Assembly (NCBI RefSeq): GCF_009914755.1
Contig: NC_060939.1
DNA from: the human T2T-CHM13v2.0 reference genome, Homo sapiens
Direction: 5' to 3' (one strand)
DNA: 64,000 nucleotides
In this document: positions 13,501-29,300 of the stretch, piece after piece
How the letters are laid out: the number at the start of each line of letters is the position of its first letter
How positions within the stretch are numbered: the first letter of the stretch is position 1
Position numbers and translations under genes: made by a program
The notes under the pieces: model-generated
What the model saw: the letters and a program-made list of their open reading frames with translations, nothing else
Database searches by the model: none
Told to the model about the DNA's origin: nothing

Positions 13501-14331
13501 CGAGTCCGTTCCATTCCAGTCCATTCCATTCGAGTCAATTCCATTCCATTCGATGTCTTTCCATAACGATCCATTCCATTCTATTCCTTTCGATTCCATT
13601 CCATTCTATTTCATTCCATTCGATTCCCTTCCATTGGACTCCTTTCCATTCGAGTGCATTCCATTCCGTTCCATTTCTTTCCGTTCTGTACGATTCCTAC
13701 CGTTCGATTTCATTTTGTTCCAGTCCATTCCTTTCGCGTCCATTCCATTCCATTTCACTCCATTCGATTCCATTCCACTCGATTCCACTTCGTTCCATTT
13801 CATTGCATTCCATTCTATTCAACTCTATTGCCTTCCATTCCATTCCATTCGATTACATTCTATGCGATTCCATTCGAAATCGAATCAATTACATTGCAAA
13901 CCATTACTATTGAGTCCGTTTTATTCCAGTCCACTGCATTCTGGTCCATTCCATTTGATTCCATTCCATTCTATTCCATTCCATACAGTTGCATTCCATT
14001 GGATTCCATGCTATATCTATAAATTCAATTCGAGACCATTGCTTTTGAGTCCATTCTATATGATTCCATTCCATTCAAGTCCATTACATTTGGTTAAATT
14101 CCATTCCATTCGGTTCAATTCCATTCCATTCCATTCCCTTCCATTCCATTCCAGTTGATATCAATCCATTCGATTCCATTCCATTCGAGCACATTCCATT
14201 CGAGTCCATTCCATTCGATGCCATTCCATTTGATTCTATTCCATTAGTCTCCATTCAATTCCATTAATCTCCATTCCATTCCATTCTACTCCAACTGATT
14301 CCATTCCATTCTATTCCTTTCCATTCCATTT

Positions 14332-14381
14332 CATTCCATTCCATTCCATTCCATTCCATTCCATTCCATTCCATTCCATTC
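14332..14381 (+). repeat. Pure (CATTC)10 run at the unit junction; length-variable site in all units
   Basis: 50 bp of perfect CATTC before GTGTCC. The equivalent run has 6 copies at 5374-5403 and is interrupted by CATTT in other units. Confidence 0.85.
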
Positions 14382-17300
14382 GTGTCCATTCCACTCCAGT
14401 CCATTCCATTCGTATCCATTCCATTCCAGTCCATTCCATTTGTGTCCACTGCATTCCATTCCACTCCATTCCATATTATTCCATTACACTCCATTCCATT
14501 CTATTACTTTCATTTCCATTCAATTCCATTCCATTTGATTCCATTCCACTCGGTTTCATTCCATTTGAGTCCACTCCATTCCATTCCATTCCATTCAGTT
14601 CCATTCCATTCTGTTCCATTCCATTCCGTTCCATTACATTCCATTCCATTCGGTACCATTCCATATTGTTCCATTCGATTCCATTCGAATCCATTCCATT
14701 CCAGTCCATTCCATTCGATTCCATTCCATTCATTTCAATTCCATTCCATTCCATTCCATTACATTCCACTTGATTCCTCTCCATTCCCTTCCACTGCATT
14801 CCGTTCGATTCCATTCCATTGCATTGCATTCCATTCCATTGGATTGCATTCCATTCGATTCCATTCCATTCGAATCAATTACATAGCAATCCATTACATT
14901 CGAGTCTATTCTCTTCCGTTCCATTCGATTTCGTTCCAATCCATTCGATTCCATTCCATTCGATTCCATTCCATACTATTGCATTCCATTCGATTACATT
15001 ACATTCGAATAAGTTCCATTCAAGACCATTTCTTTTGAGTCCATTCTATTTGAGTCCATTCCCTTTGATTCCATAACATTTGAGTCCATTCAATTCCATT
15101 CCTTTCGTTTCCATTCCATTTGATGCCATTCCATTCAATTCTGTTCTACTCGACTCCAATACATTCAATTCCATTCCATCCGATTCCATTACATTCTTTT
15201 CATTTCTTATCCATTTCAAGCCATTCCACTCCATTCCATTCCACTCGTTTCCTTTCCATTCGAGTCCATTCCTCTCCAGTCCATTCCGTTCAATCCATTC
15301 CATTCCAGTCCATTCCATTCGAGTCCGTTCTATTCCAGTCCATTCCATTCGAGTCAATTCCATTCCATTCGATGTCTTTCCATAACGATCCATTCCATTC
15401 TATTCCTTTCGATTCCATTCCATTCTATTTCATTCCATTCGATTCCCTTCCATTGGACTCCTTTCCATTCGAGTGCATTCCATTCCGTTCCATTTCTTTC
15501 CGTTCTGTACGATTCCTACCGTTCGATTTCATTTTGTTCCAGTCCATTCCTTTCGCGTCCATTCCATTCCATTTCACTCCATTCGATTCCATTCCACTCG
15601 ATTCCACTTCGTTCCATTTCATTGCATTCCATTCTATTCAACTCTATTGCCTTCCATTCCATTCCATTCGATTACATTCCATGCGATTCCATTCGAAATC
15701 GAATCAATTACATTGCAAACCATTACTATTGAGTCCGTTTTATTCCAGTCCACTGCATTCTGGTCCATTCCATTTGATTCCATTCCATTCTATTCCATTC
15801 CATACAGTTGCATTCCATTGGATTCCATGCTATATCTATAAATTCAATTCGAGACCATTGCTTTTGAGTCCATTCTATATGATTCCATTCCATTCAAGTC
15901 CATTACATTTGGTTAAATTCCATTCCATTCGGTTCAATTCCATTCCATTCCATTCCCTTCCATTCCATTCCAGTTGATATCAATCCATTCGATTCCATTC
16001 CATTCGAGCACATTCCATTCGAGTCCATTCCATTCGATGCCATTCCATTTGATTCTATTCCATTAGTCTCCATTCAATTCCATTAATCTCCATTCCATTC
16101 CATTCTACTCCAACTGATTCCATTCCATTCTATTCCTTTCCATTCCATTTCATTCCATTCCATTCCATTCCATTCCATTCCATTCGTGTCCATTCCACTC
16201 CAGTCCATTCCATTCGTATCCATTCCATTCCAGTCCATTCCATTTGTGTCCACTGCATTCCATTCCACTCCATTCCATATTATTCCATTACACTCCATTC
16301 CATTCTATTACTTTCATTTCCATTCAATTCCATTCCATTTGATTCCATTCCACTCAGTTTCATTCCATTTGAGTCCACTCCATTCCATTCCATTCCATTC
16401 AGTTCCATTCCATTCTGTTCCATTCCATTCCGTTCCATTACATTCCATTCCATTCGGTACCATTCCATATTGTTCCATTCGATTCCATTCGAATCCATTC
16501 CATTCCAGTCCATTCCATTCGATTCCATTCCATTCATTTCAATTCCATTCCATTCCATTCCATTCCATTACATTCCACTTGATTCCTCTCCATTCCCTTC
16601 CACTGCATTCCGTTCGATTCCATTCCATTGCATTGCATTCCATTCCATTGGATTGCATTCCATTCGATTCCATTCCATTCGAATCAATTACATAGCAATC
16701 CATTACATTCGAGTCTATTCTCTTCCGTTCCATTCGATTTCGTTCCAATCCATTCGATTCCATTCCATTCGATTCCATTCCATACTATTGCATTCCATTC
16801 GATTACATTATATTCGAATAAGTTCCATTCAAGACCATTTCTTTTGAGTCCATTCTATTTGAGTCCATTCCCTTTGATTCCATAACATTTGAGTCCATTC
16901 AATTCCATTCCTTTCGTTTCCATTCCATTTGATGCCATTCCATTTAATTCTGTTCTACTCGACTCCAATACATTCAATTCCATTCCATCCGATTCCATTA
17001 CATTCTTTTCATTTCTTATCCATTTCAAGCCATTCCACTCCATTCCATTCCACTCGTTTCCTTTCCATTCGAGTCCATTCCTCTCCAGTCCATTCCGTTC
17101 AATCCATTCCATTCCAGTCCATTCCATTCGAGTCCGTTCCATTCCAGTCCATTCCATTCGAGTCAATTCCATTCCATTCGGTGTCTTTCCATAACGATCC
17201 ATTCCATTCTATTCCTTTCGATTCCATTCCGTTCTATTTCATTCCATTCGATTCCCTTCCATTGGACTCCTTTCCATTCGAGTGCATTCCATTCCGTTCC

Positions 17301-20300
17301 ATTTCTTTCCGTTCTGTACGATTCCTACCGTTCGATTTCATTTTGTTCCAGTCCATTCTTTCGCGTCCATTCCATTCCATTTCACTCCATTCGATTCCAT
17401 TCCACTCGATTCCACTTCGTTCCATTTCATTGCATTCCATTCTATTCAACTCTATTGCCTTCCATTCCATTCCATTCGATTACATTCCATGCGATTCCAT
17501 TCGAAATCGAATCAATTACATTGCAATCCATTACTATTGAGTCCGTTTTATTCCAGTCCACTGCATTCTGGTCCATTCCATTTGATTGCATTCCATTCTA
17601 TTCCATTCTATACAGTTGCATTCCATTGGATTCCATGCTATATCTATAAATTCAATTCGAGACCATTGCTTTTGAGTCCATTCTATATGATTCCATTCCA
17701 TTCAAGTCCATTACATTTGGTTAAATTCCATTCCATTCCATTCCCTTCCATTCCATTCCAGTTGATATCAATCCATTCGATTCCATTCCATTCGAGCACA
17801 TTCCATTCGAGTCCATTCCATTCGATGCCATTCCATTTGATTCTATTCCATTAGTCTCCATTCAATTCCATTAATCTCCATTCCATTCCATTCTACTCCA
17901 ACTGATTCCATTCCATTCTATTCCTTTCCATTCCATTTCATTCCATTCCATTCCATTCCATTCCATTCCATTCCATTCGTGTCCATTCCACTCCAGTCCA
18001 TTCCATTCGTATCCATTCCATTCCAGTCCATTCCATTTGTGTCCACTGCATTCCATTCCACTCCATTCCATATTATTCCATTACACTCCATTCCATTCTA
18101 TTACTTTCATTTCCATTCAATTCCATTCCATTTGATTCCATTCCACTCGGTTTCATTCCATTTGAGTCCACTCCATTCCATTCCATTCCATTCAGTTCCA
18201 TTCCATTCTGTTCCATTCCATTCCGTTCCATTACATTCCATTCCATTCGGTACCATTCCATATTGTTCCATTCGATTCCATTCGAATCCATTCCATTCCA
18301 GTCCATTCCATTCGATTCCATTCCATTCATTTCAATTCCATTCCATTCCATTCCATTACATTCCACTTGATTCCTCTCCATTCCCTTCCACTGCATTCCG
18401 TTCGATTCCATTCCATTGCATTGCATTCCATTCCATTGGATTGCATTCCATTCGATTCCATTCCATTCGAATCAATTACATAGCAATCCATTACATTCGA
18501 GTCTATTCTCTTCCGTTCCATTCGATTTCGTTCCAATCCATTCGATTCCATTCCATTCGATTCCATTCCATACTATTGCATTCCATTCGATTACATTATA
18601 TTCGAATAAGTTCCATTCAAGACCATTTCTTTTGAGTCCATTCTATTTGAGTCCATTCCCTTTGATTCCATAACATTTGAGTCCATTCAATTCCATTCCT
18701 TTCGTTTCCATTCCATTTGATGCCATTCCATTCAATTCTGTTCTACTCGACTCCAATACATTCAATTCCATTCCATCCGATTCCATTACATTCTTTTCAT
18801 TTCTTATCCATTTCAAGCCATTCCACTCCATTCCATTCCACTCGTTTCCTTTCCATTCGAGTCCATTCCTCTCCAGTCCATTCCGTTCAATCCATTCCAT
18901 TCCAGTCCATTCCATTCGAGTCCGTTCTATTCCAGTCCATTCCATTCGAGTCAATTCCATTCCATTCGATGTCTTTCCATAACGATCCATTCCATTCTAT
19001 TCCTTTCGATTCCATTCCATTCTATTTCATTCCATTCGATTCCCTTCCATTGGACTCCTTTCCATTCGAGTGCATTCCATTCCGTTCCATTTCTTTCCGT
19101 TCTGTACGATTCCTACCGTTCGATTTCATTTTGTTCCAGTCCATTCCTTTCGCGTCCATTCCATTCCATTTCACTCCATTCGATTCCATTCCACTCGATT
19201 CCACTTCGTTCCATTTCATTGCATTCCATTCTATTCAACTCTATTGCCTTCCATTCCATTCCATTCGATTACATTCCATGCGATTCCATTCGAAATCGAA
19301 TCAATTACATTGCAAACCATTACTATTGTGTCCGTTTTATTCCAGTCCACTGCATTCTGGTCCATTCCATTTGATTCCATTCCATTCTATTCCATTCCAT
19401 ACAGTTGCATTCCATTGGATTCCATGCTATATCTATAAATTCAATTCGAGACCATTGCTTTTGAGTCCATTCTATATGATTCCATTCCATTCAAGTCCAT
19501 TACATTTGGTTAAATTCCATTCCATTCGGTTCAATTCCATTCCATTCCATTCCCTTCCATTCCATTCCAGTTGATATCAATCCATTCGATTCCATTCCAT
19601 TCGAGCACATTCCATTCGAGTCCATTCCATTCGATGCCATTCCATTTGATTCTATTCCATTAGTCTCCATTCAATTCCATTAATCTCCATTCCATTCCAT
19701 TCTACTCCAACTGATTCCATTCCATTCTATTCCTTTCCATTTCATTCCATTCCATTCCATTCCATTCCATTCGTGTCCATTCCACTCCAGTCCATTCCAT
19801 TCGTATCCATTCCATTCCAGTCCATTCCATTTGTGTCCACTGCATTCCATTCCACTCCATTCCATATTATTCCATTACACTCCATTCCATTCTATTACTT
19901 TCATTTCCATTCAATTCCATTCCATTTGATTCCATTCCACTCAGTTTCATTCCATTTGAGTCCACTCCATTCCATTCCATTCCATTCAGTTCCATTCCAT
20001 TCTGTTCCATTCCATTCCGTTCCATTACATTCCATTCCATTCGGTACCATTCCATATTGTTCCATTCGATTCCATTCGAATCCATTCCATTCCAGTCCAT
20101 TCCATTCGATTCCATTCCATTCATTTCAATTCCATTCCATTCCATTCCATTACATTCCACTTGATTCCTCTCCATTCCCTTCCACTGCAATCCGTTCGAT
20201 TCCATTCCATTGCATTGCATTCCATTCCATTGGATTGCATTCCATTCGATTCCATTCCATTCGAATCAATTACATACCAATCCATTACATTCGAGTCTAT

Positions 20301-23300
20301 TCTCTTCCGTTCCATTCGATTTCGTTCCAATCCATTCGATTCCATTCCATTCGATTCCATTCCATACTATTGCATTCCATTCGATTACATTATATTCGAA
20401 TAAGTTCCATTCAAGACCATTTCTTTTGAGTCCATTCTATTTGAGTCCATTCCCTTTGATTCCATAACATTTGAGTCCATTCAATTCCATTCCTTTCGTT
20501 TCCATTCCATTTGATGCCATTCCATTTAATTCTGTTCTACTCGACTCCAATACATTCAATTCCATTCCATCCGATTCCATTACATTCTTTTCATTTCTTA
20601 TCCATTTCAAGCCATTCCACTCCATTCCATTCCACTCGTTTCCTTTCCATTCGAGTCCATTCCTCTCCAGTCCATTCCGTTCAATCCATTCCATTCCAGT
20701 CCATTCCATTCGAGTCCGTTCCATTCCAGTCCATTCCATTCGAGTCAATTCCATTCCATTCGGTGTCTTTCCATATCGATCCATTCCATTCTATTCCTTT
20801 CGATTCCATTCCATTCTATTTCATTCCATTCGATTCCCTTCCATTGGACTCCTTTCCATTCGAGTGCATTCCATTCCGTTCCATTTCTTTCCGTTCTGTA
20901 CGATTCCTACCGTTCGATTTCATTTTGTTCCAGTCCATTCTTTCGCGTCCATTCCATTCCATTTCACTCCATTCGATTCCATTCCACTCGATTCCACTTC
21001 GTTCCATTTCATTGCATTCCATTCTATTCAACTCTATTGCCTTCCATTCCATTCCATTCGATTACATTCCATGCGATTCCATTCGAAATCGAATCAATTA
21101 CATTGCAATCCATTACTATTGAGTCCGTTTTATTCCAGTCCACTGCATTCTGGTCCATTCCATTTGATTCCATTCCATTCTATTCCATTCCATACAGTTG
21201 CATTCCATTGGATTCCTTGCTATATCTATAAATTCAATTCGAGACCATTGCTTTTGAGTCCATTCTATATGATTCCATTCCATTCAAGTCCATTACATTT
21301 GGTTAAATTCCATTCCATTCGGTTCAATTCCATTCCATTCCATTCCCTTCCATTCCATTCCAGTTGATATCAATCCATTCGATTCCATTCCATTCGAGCA
21401 CATTCCATTCGAGTCCATTCCATTCGATGCCATTCCATTTGATTCTATGCCATTAGTCTCCATTCAATTCCATTAATCTCCATTCCATTCCATTCTACTC
21501 CAACTGATTCCATTCCATTCTATTCCTTTCCATTCCATTTCATTCCATTCCATTCCATTCCATTCCATTCCATTCCATTCGTGTCCATTCCACTCCAGTC
21601 CATTCCATTCGTATCCATTCCATTCCAGTCCATTCCATTTGTGTCCACTGCATTCCATTCCACTCCATTCCATATTATTCCATTACACTCCATTCCATTC
21701 TATTACTTTCATTTCCATTCAATTCCATTCCATTTGATTCCATTCCACTCGGTTTCATTCCATTTGAGTCCACTCCATTCCATTCCATTCCATTCAGTTC
21801 CATTCCATTCTGTTCCATTCCATTCCGTTCCATTACATTCCATTCCATTCGGTACCATTCCATATTGTTCCATTCGATTCCATTCGAATCCATTCCATTC
21901 CAGTCCATTCCATTCGATTCCATTCCATTCATTTCAATTCCATTCCATTCCATTCCATTACATTCCACTTGATTCCTCTCCATTCCCTTCCACTGCATTC
22001 CGTTCGATTCCATTCCATTGCATTGCATTCCATTCCATTGGATTGCATTCCATTCGATTCCATTCCATTCGTATCAATTACATATCAATCCATTACATTC
22101 GAGTCTATTCTCTTCCGTTCCATTCGATTTCGTTCCAATCCATTCGATTCCATTCCATTCGATTCCATTCCATACTATTGCATTCCATTCGATTACATTA
22201 TATTCGAATAAGTTCCATTCAAGACCATTTCTTTTGAGTCCATTCTATTTGAGTCCATTCCCTTTGATTCCATAACATTTGAGTCCATTCAATTCCATTC
22301 CTTTCGTTTCCATTCCATTTGATGCCATTCCATTCAATTCTGTTCTACTCGACTCCAATACATTCAATTCCATTCCATCCGATTCCATTACATTCTTTTC
22401 ATTTCTTATCCATTTCAAGCCATTCCACTCCATTCCATTCCACTCGTTTCCTTTCCATTCGAGTCCATTCCTCTCCAGTCCATGCCGTTCAATCCATTCC
22501 ATTCCAGTCCATTCCATTCGAGTCCGTTCCATTCCAGTCCATTCCATTCGAGTCAATTCCATTCCATTCAATGTCTTTCCATAACGATCCATTCCATTCT
22601 ATTCCTTTCGATTCCATTCCATTCTATTTCATTCCATTCGATTCCCTTCCATTGGACTCCTTTCCATTCGAGTGCATTCCATTCCGTTCCATTTCTTTCC
22701 ATTCTGTACGATTCCTACCGTTCGATTTCATTTTGTTCCAGTTCATTCTTTCGCGTCCATTCCATTCCATTTCACTCCATTCGATTCCATTCCACTCGAT
22801 TCCACTTCGTTCCATTTCATTGCATTCCATTCTATTCAACTCTATTGCCTTCCATTCCATTCCATTCGATTACATTCCATGCGATTCCATTCGAAATCGA
22901 ATCAATTACATTGCAATCCATTACTATTGAGTCCGTTTTATTCCAGTCCACTGCATTCTGGTCCATTCCATTTGATTCCATTCCATTCTATTCCATTCCA
23001 TACAGTTGCATTCCATTGGATTCCTTGCTATATCTATAAATTCAATTCGAGACCATTGCTTTTGAGTCCATTCTATATGATTCCATTCCATTCAAGTCCA
23101 TTACATTTGGTTAAATTCCATTCCATTCGGTTCAATTCCATTCCATTCCATTCCCTTCCATTCCATTCCAGTTGATATCAATCCATTCGATTCCATTCCA
23201 TTCGAGCACATTCCATTCGAGTCCATTCCATTCGATGCCATTCCATTTGATTCTATTCCATTAGTCTCCATTCAATTCCATTAATCTCCATTCCATTCCA

Positions 23301-26300
23301 TTCTACTCCAACTGATTCCATTCCATTCTATTCCTTTCCATTCCATTTCATTCCATTCCATTCCATTCCATTCCATTCCATTCCATTCCATTCGTGTCCA
23401 TTCCACTCCAGTCCATTCCATTCGTATCCATTCCATTCCAGTCCATTCCATTTGTGTCCACTGCATTCCATTCCACTCCATTCCATATTATTCCATTACA
23501 CTCCATTCCATTCTATTACTTTCATTTCCATTCAATTCCATTCCATTTGATTCCATTCCACTCGGTTTCATTCCATTTGAGTCCACTCCATTCCATTCCA
23601 TTCCATTCAGTTCCATTCCATTCTGTTCCATTCCATTCCGTTCCATTACATTCCATTCCATTCGGTACCATTCCATATTGTTCCATTCGATTCCATTCGA
23701 ATCCATTCCATTCCAGTCCATTCCATTCGATTCCATTCCATTCATTTCAATTCCATTCCATTCCATTCCATTACATTCCACTTGATTCCTCTCCATTCCC
23801 TTCCACTGCATTCCGTTCGATTCCATTCCATTGCATTGCATTCCATTCCATTGGATTGCATTCCATTCGATTCCATTCCATTCGTATCAATTACATAGCA
23901 ATCCATTACATTCGAGTCTATTCTCTTCCGTTCCATTCGATTTCGTTCCAATCCATTCGATTCCATTCCATTCGATTCCATTCCATACTATTGCATTCCA
24001 TTCGATTACATTATATTCGAATAAGTTCCATTCAAGACCATTTCTTTTGAGTCCATTCTATTTGAGTCCATTCCCTTTGATTCCATAACATTTGAGTCCA
24101 TTCAATTCCATTCCTTTCGTTTCCATTCCATTTGATGCCATTCCATTCAATTCTGTTCTACTCGACTCCAATACATTCAATTCCATTCCATCCGATTCCA
24201 TTACATTCTTTTCATTTCTTATCCATTTCAAGCCATTCCACTCCATTCCATTCCACTCGTTTCCTTTCCATTCGAGTCCATTCCTCTCCAGTCCATTCCG
24301 TTCAATCCATTCCATTCCAGTCCATTCCATTCGAGTCCGTTCCATTCCAGTCCATTCCATTCGAGTCAATTCCATTCCATTCGATGTCTTTCCATAACGA
24401 TCCATTCCATTCTATTCCTTTCGATTCCATTCCATTCTATTTCATTCCATTCGATTCCCTTCCATTGGACTCCTTTCCATTCGAGTGCATTCCATTCCGT
24501 TCCATTTCTTTCCATTCTGTACGATTCCTACCGTTCGATTTCATTTTGTTCCAGTTCATTCTTTCGCGTCCATTCCATTCCATTTCACTCCATTCGATTC
24601 CATTCCACTCGATTCCACTTCGTTCCATTTCATTGCATTCCATTCTATTCAACTCTATTGCCTTCCATTCCATTCCATTCGATTACATTCCATGCGATTC
24701 CATTCGAAATCGAATCAATTACATTGCAATCCATTACTATTGAGTCCGTTTTATTCCAGTCCACTGCATTCTGGTCCATTCCATTTGATTCCATTCCATT
24801 CTATTCCATTCCATACAGTTGCATTCCATTGGATTCCTTGCTATATCTATAAATTCAATTCGAGACCATTGCTTTTGAGTCCATTCTATATGATTCCATT
24901 CCATTCAAGTCCATTACATTTGGTTAAATTCCATTCCATTCGGTTCAATTCCATTCCATTCCATTCCCTTCCATTCCATTCCAGTTGATATCAATCCATT
25001 CGATTCCATTCCATTCGAGCACATTCCATTCGAGTCCATTCCATTCGATGCCATTCCATTTGATTCTATTCCATTAGTCTCCATTCAATTCCATTAATCT
25101 CCATTCCATTCCATTCTACTCCAACTGATTCCATTCCATTCTATTCCTTTCCATTCCATTTCATTCCATTCCATTCCATTCCATTCCATTCCATTCCATT
25201 CGTGTCCATTCCACTCCAGTCCATTCCATTCGTATCCATTCCATTCCAGTCCATTCCATTTGTGTCCACTGCATTCCATTCCACTCCATTCCATATTATT
25301 CCATTACACTCCATTCCATTCTATTACTTTCATTTCCATTCAATTCCATTCCATTTGATTCCATTCCACTCGGTTTCATTCCATTTGAGTCCACTCCATT
25401 CCATTCCATTCCATTCAGTTCCATTCCATTCTGTTCCATTCCATTCCGTTCCATTACATTCCATTCCATTCGGTACCATTCCATATTGTTCCATTCGATT
25501 CCATTCGAATCCATTCCATTCCAGTCCATTCCATTCGATTCCATTCCATTCATTTCAATTCCATTCCATTCCATTCCATTACATTCCACTTGATTCCTCT
25601 CCATTCCCTTCCACTGCATTCCGTTCGATTCCATTCCCTTGCATTGCATTCCATTCCATTGGATTGCATTCCATTCGATTCCATTCCATTCGAATCAATT
25701 ACATAGCAATCCATTACATTCGAGTCTATTCTCTTCCGTTCCATTCAATTTCGTTCCAATCCATTCGATTCCATTCCATTCGATTCCATTCCATACTATT
25801 GCATTCCATTCGATTACATTATATTCGAATAAGTTCCATTCAAGACCATTTCTTTTGAGTCCATTCTATTTGAGTCCATTCCCTTTGATTCCATAACATT
25901 TGAGTCCATTCAATTCCATTCCTTTCGTTTCCATTCCATTTGATGCCATTCCATTCAATTCTGTTCTACTCGACTCCAATACATTCAATTCCATTCCATC
26001 CGATTCCATTACATTCTTTTCATTTCTTATCCATTTCAAGCCATTCCACTCCATTCCATTCCACTCGTTTCCTTTCCATTCGAGTCCATTCCTCTCCAGT
26101 CCATTCCGTTCAATCCATTCCATTCCAGTCCATTCCATTCGAGTCCGTTCCATTCCAGTCCATTCCATTCGAGTCAATTCCATTCCATTCGATGTCTTTC
26201 CATAACGATCCATTCCATTCTATTCCTTTCGATTCCATTCCATTCTATTTCATTCCATTCGATTCCCTTCCATTGGACTCCTTTCCATTCGAGTGCCTTC

Positions 26301-29300
26301 CATTCCGTTCCATTTCTTTCCGTTCTGTACGATTCCTACCGTTCGATTTCATTTTGTTCCAGTCCATTCCTTTCGCGTCCATTCCATTCCATTTCACTCC
26401 ATTCGATTCCATTCCACTCGATTCCACTTCGTTCCATTTCATTGCATTCCATTCTATTCAACTCTATTGCCTTCCATTCCATTCCATTCGATTACATTCC
26501 ATGCGATTCCATTCGAAATCGAATCAATTACATTGCAAACCATTACTATTGAGTCCGTTTTATTCCAGTCCACTGCATTCTGGTCCATTCCATTTGATTC
26601 CATTCCATTCTATTCCATTCCATACAGTTGCATTCCATTGGATTCCATGCTATATCTATAAATTCAATTCGAGACCATTGCTTTTGAGTCCATTCTATAT
26701 GATTCCATTCCATTCAAGTCCATTACATTTGGTTAAATTCCATTCCATTCGGTTCAATTCCATTCCATTCCATTCCCTTCCATTCCATTCCAGTTGATAT
26801 CAATCCATTCGATTCCATTCCATTCGAGCACATTCCATTCGAGTCCATTCCATTCGATGCCATTCCATTTGATTCTATTCCATTAGTCTCCATTCAATTC
26901 CATTAATCTCCATTCCATTCCATTCTACTCCAACTGATTCCATTCCATTCTATTCCTTTCCATTTCATTCCATTCCATTCCATTCCATTCCATTCGTGTC
27001 CATTCCACTCCAGTCCATTCCATTCGTATCCATTCCATTCCAGTCCATTCCATTTGTGTCCACTGCATTCCATTCCACTCCATTCCATATTATTCCATTA
27101 CACTCCATTCCATTCTATTACTTTCATTTCCATTCAATTCCATTCCATTTGATTCCATTCCACTCAGTTTCATTCCATTTGAGTCCACTCCATTCCATTC
27201 CATTCCATTCAGTTCCATTCCATTCTGTTCCATTCCATTCCGTTCCATTACATTCCATTCCATTCGGTACCATTCCATATTGTTCCATTCGATTCCATTC
27301 GAATCCATTCCATTCCAGTCCATTCCATTCGATTCCATTCCATTCATTTCAATTCCATTCCATTCCATTCCATTACATTCCACTTGATTCCTCTCCATTC
27401 CCTTCCACTGCATTCCGTTCGATTCCATTCCATTGCATTGCATTCCATTCCATTGGATTGCATTCCATTCGATTCCATTCCATTCGAATCAATTACATAG
27501 CAATCCATTACATTCGAGTCTATTCTCTTCCGTTCCATTCGATTTCGTTCCAATCCATTCGATTCCATTCCATTCGATTCCATTCCATACTATTGCATTC
27601 CATTCGATTACATTATATTCGAATAAGTTCCATTCAAGACCATTTCTTTTGAGTCCATTCTATTTGAGTCCATTCCCTTTGATTCCATAACATTTGAGTC
27701 CATTCAATTCCATTCCTTTCGTTTCCATTCCATTTGATGCCATTCCATTTAATTCTGTTCTACTCGACTCCAATACATTCAATTCCATTCCATCCGATTC
27801 CATTACATTCTTTTCATTTCTTATCCATTTCAAGCCATTCCACTCCATTCCATTCCACTCGTTTCCTTTCCATTCGAGTCCATTCCTCTCCAGTCCATTC
27901 CGTTCAATCCATTCCATTCCAGTCCATTCCATTCGAGTCCGTTCCATTCCAGTCCATTCCATTCGAGTCAATTCCATTCCATTCGGTGTCTTTCCATAAC
28001 GATCCATTCCATTCTATTCCTTTCGATTCCATTCCATTCTATTTCATTCCATTTGATTCCCTTCCATTGGACTCCTTTCCATTCGAGTGCATTCCATTCC
28101 GTTCCATTTCTTTCCGTTCTGTACGATTCCTACCGTTCGATTTCATTTTGTTCCAGTCCATTCTTTCGCGTCCATTCCATTCCATTTCACTCCATTCGAT
28201 TCCATTCCACTCGATTCCACTTCGTTCCATTTCATTGCATTCCATTCTATTCAACTCTATTGCCTTCCATTCCATTCCATTCGATTACATTCCATGCGAT
28301 TCCATTCGAAATCGAATCAATTACATTGCAATCCATTACTATTGAGTCCGTTTTATTCCAGTCCACTGCATTCTGGTCCATTCCATTTGATTCCATTCCA
28401 TTCTATTCCATTCCATACAGTTGCATTCCATTGGATTCCATGCTATATCTATAAATTCAATTCGAGACCATTGCTTTTGAGTCCATTCTATATGATTCCA
28501 TTCCATTCAAGTCCATTACATTTGGTTAAATTCCATTCCATTCGGTTCAATTCCATTCCATTCCATTCCCTTCCATTCCATTCCAGTTGATATCAATCCA
28601 TTCGATTCCATTCCATTCGAGCACATTCCATTCGAGTCCATTCCATTCGATGCCATTCCATTTGATTCTATTCCATTAGTCTCCATTCAATTCCATTAAT
28701 CTCCATTCCATTCCATTCTACTCCAACTGATTCCATTCCATTCTATTCCTTTCCATTCCATTTCATTCCATTCCATTCCATTCCATTCCATTCCATTCCA
28801 TTCGTGTCCATTCCACTCCAGTCCATTCCATTCGTATCCATTCCATTCCAGTCCATTCCATTTGTGTCCACTGCATTCCATTCCACTCCATTCCATATTA
28901 TTCCATTACACTCCATTCCATTCTATTACTTTCATTTCCATTCAATTCCATTCCATTTGATTCCATTCCACTCGGTTTCATTCCATTTGAGTCCACTCCA
29001 TTCCATTCCATTCCATTCAGTTCCATTCCATTCTGTTCCATTCCATTCCGTTCCATTACATTCCATTCCATTCGGTACCATTCCATATTGTTCCATTCGA
29101 TTCCATTCGAATCCATTCCATTCCAGTCCATTCCATTCGATTCCATTCCATTCATTTCAATTCCATTCCATTCCATTCCATTACATTCCACTTGATTCCT
29201 CTCCATTCCCTTCCACTGCATTCCGTTCGATTCCATTCCATTGCATTGCATTCCATTCCATTGGATTGCATTCCATTCGATTCCATTCCATTCGTATCAA

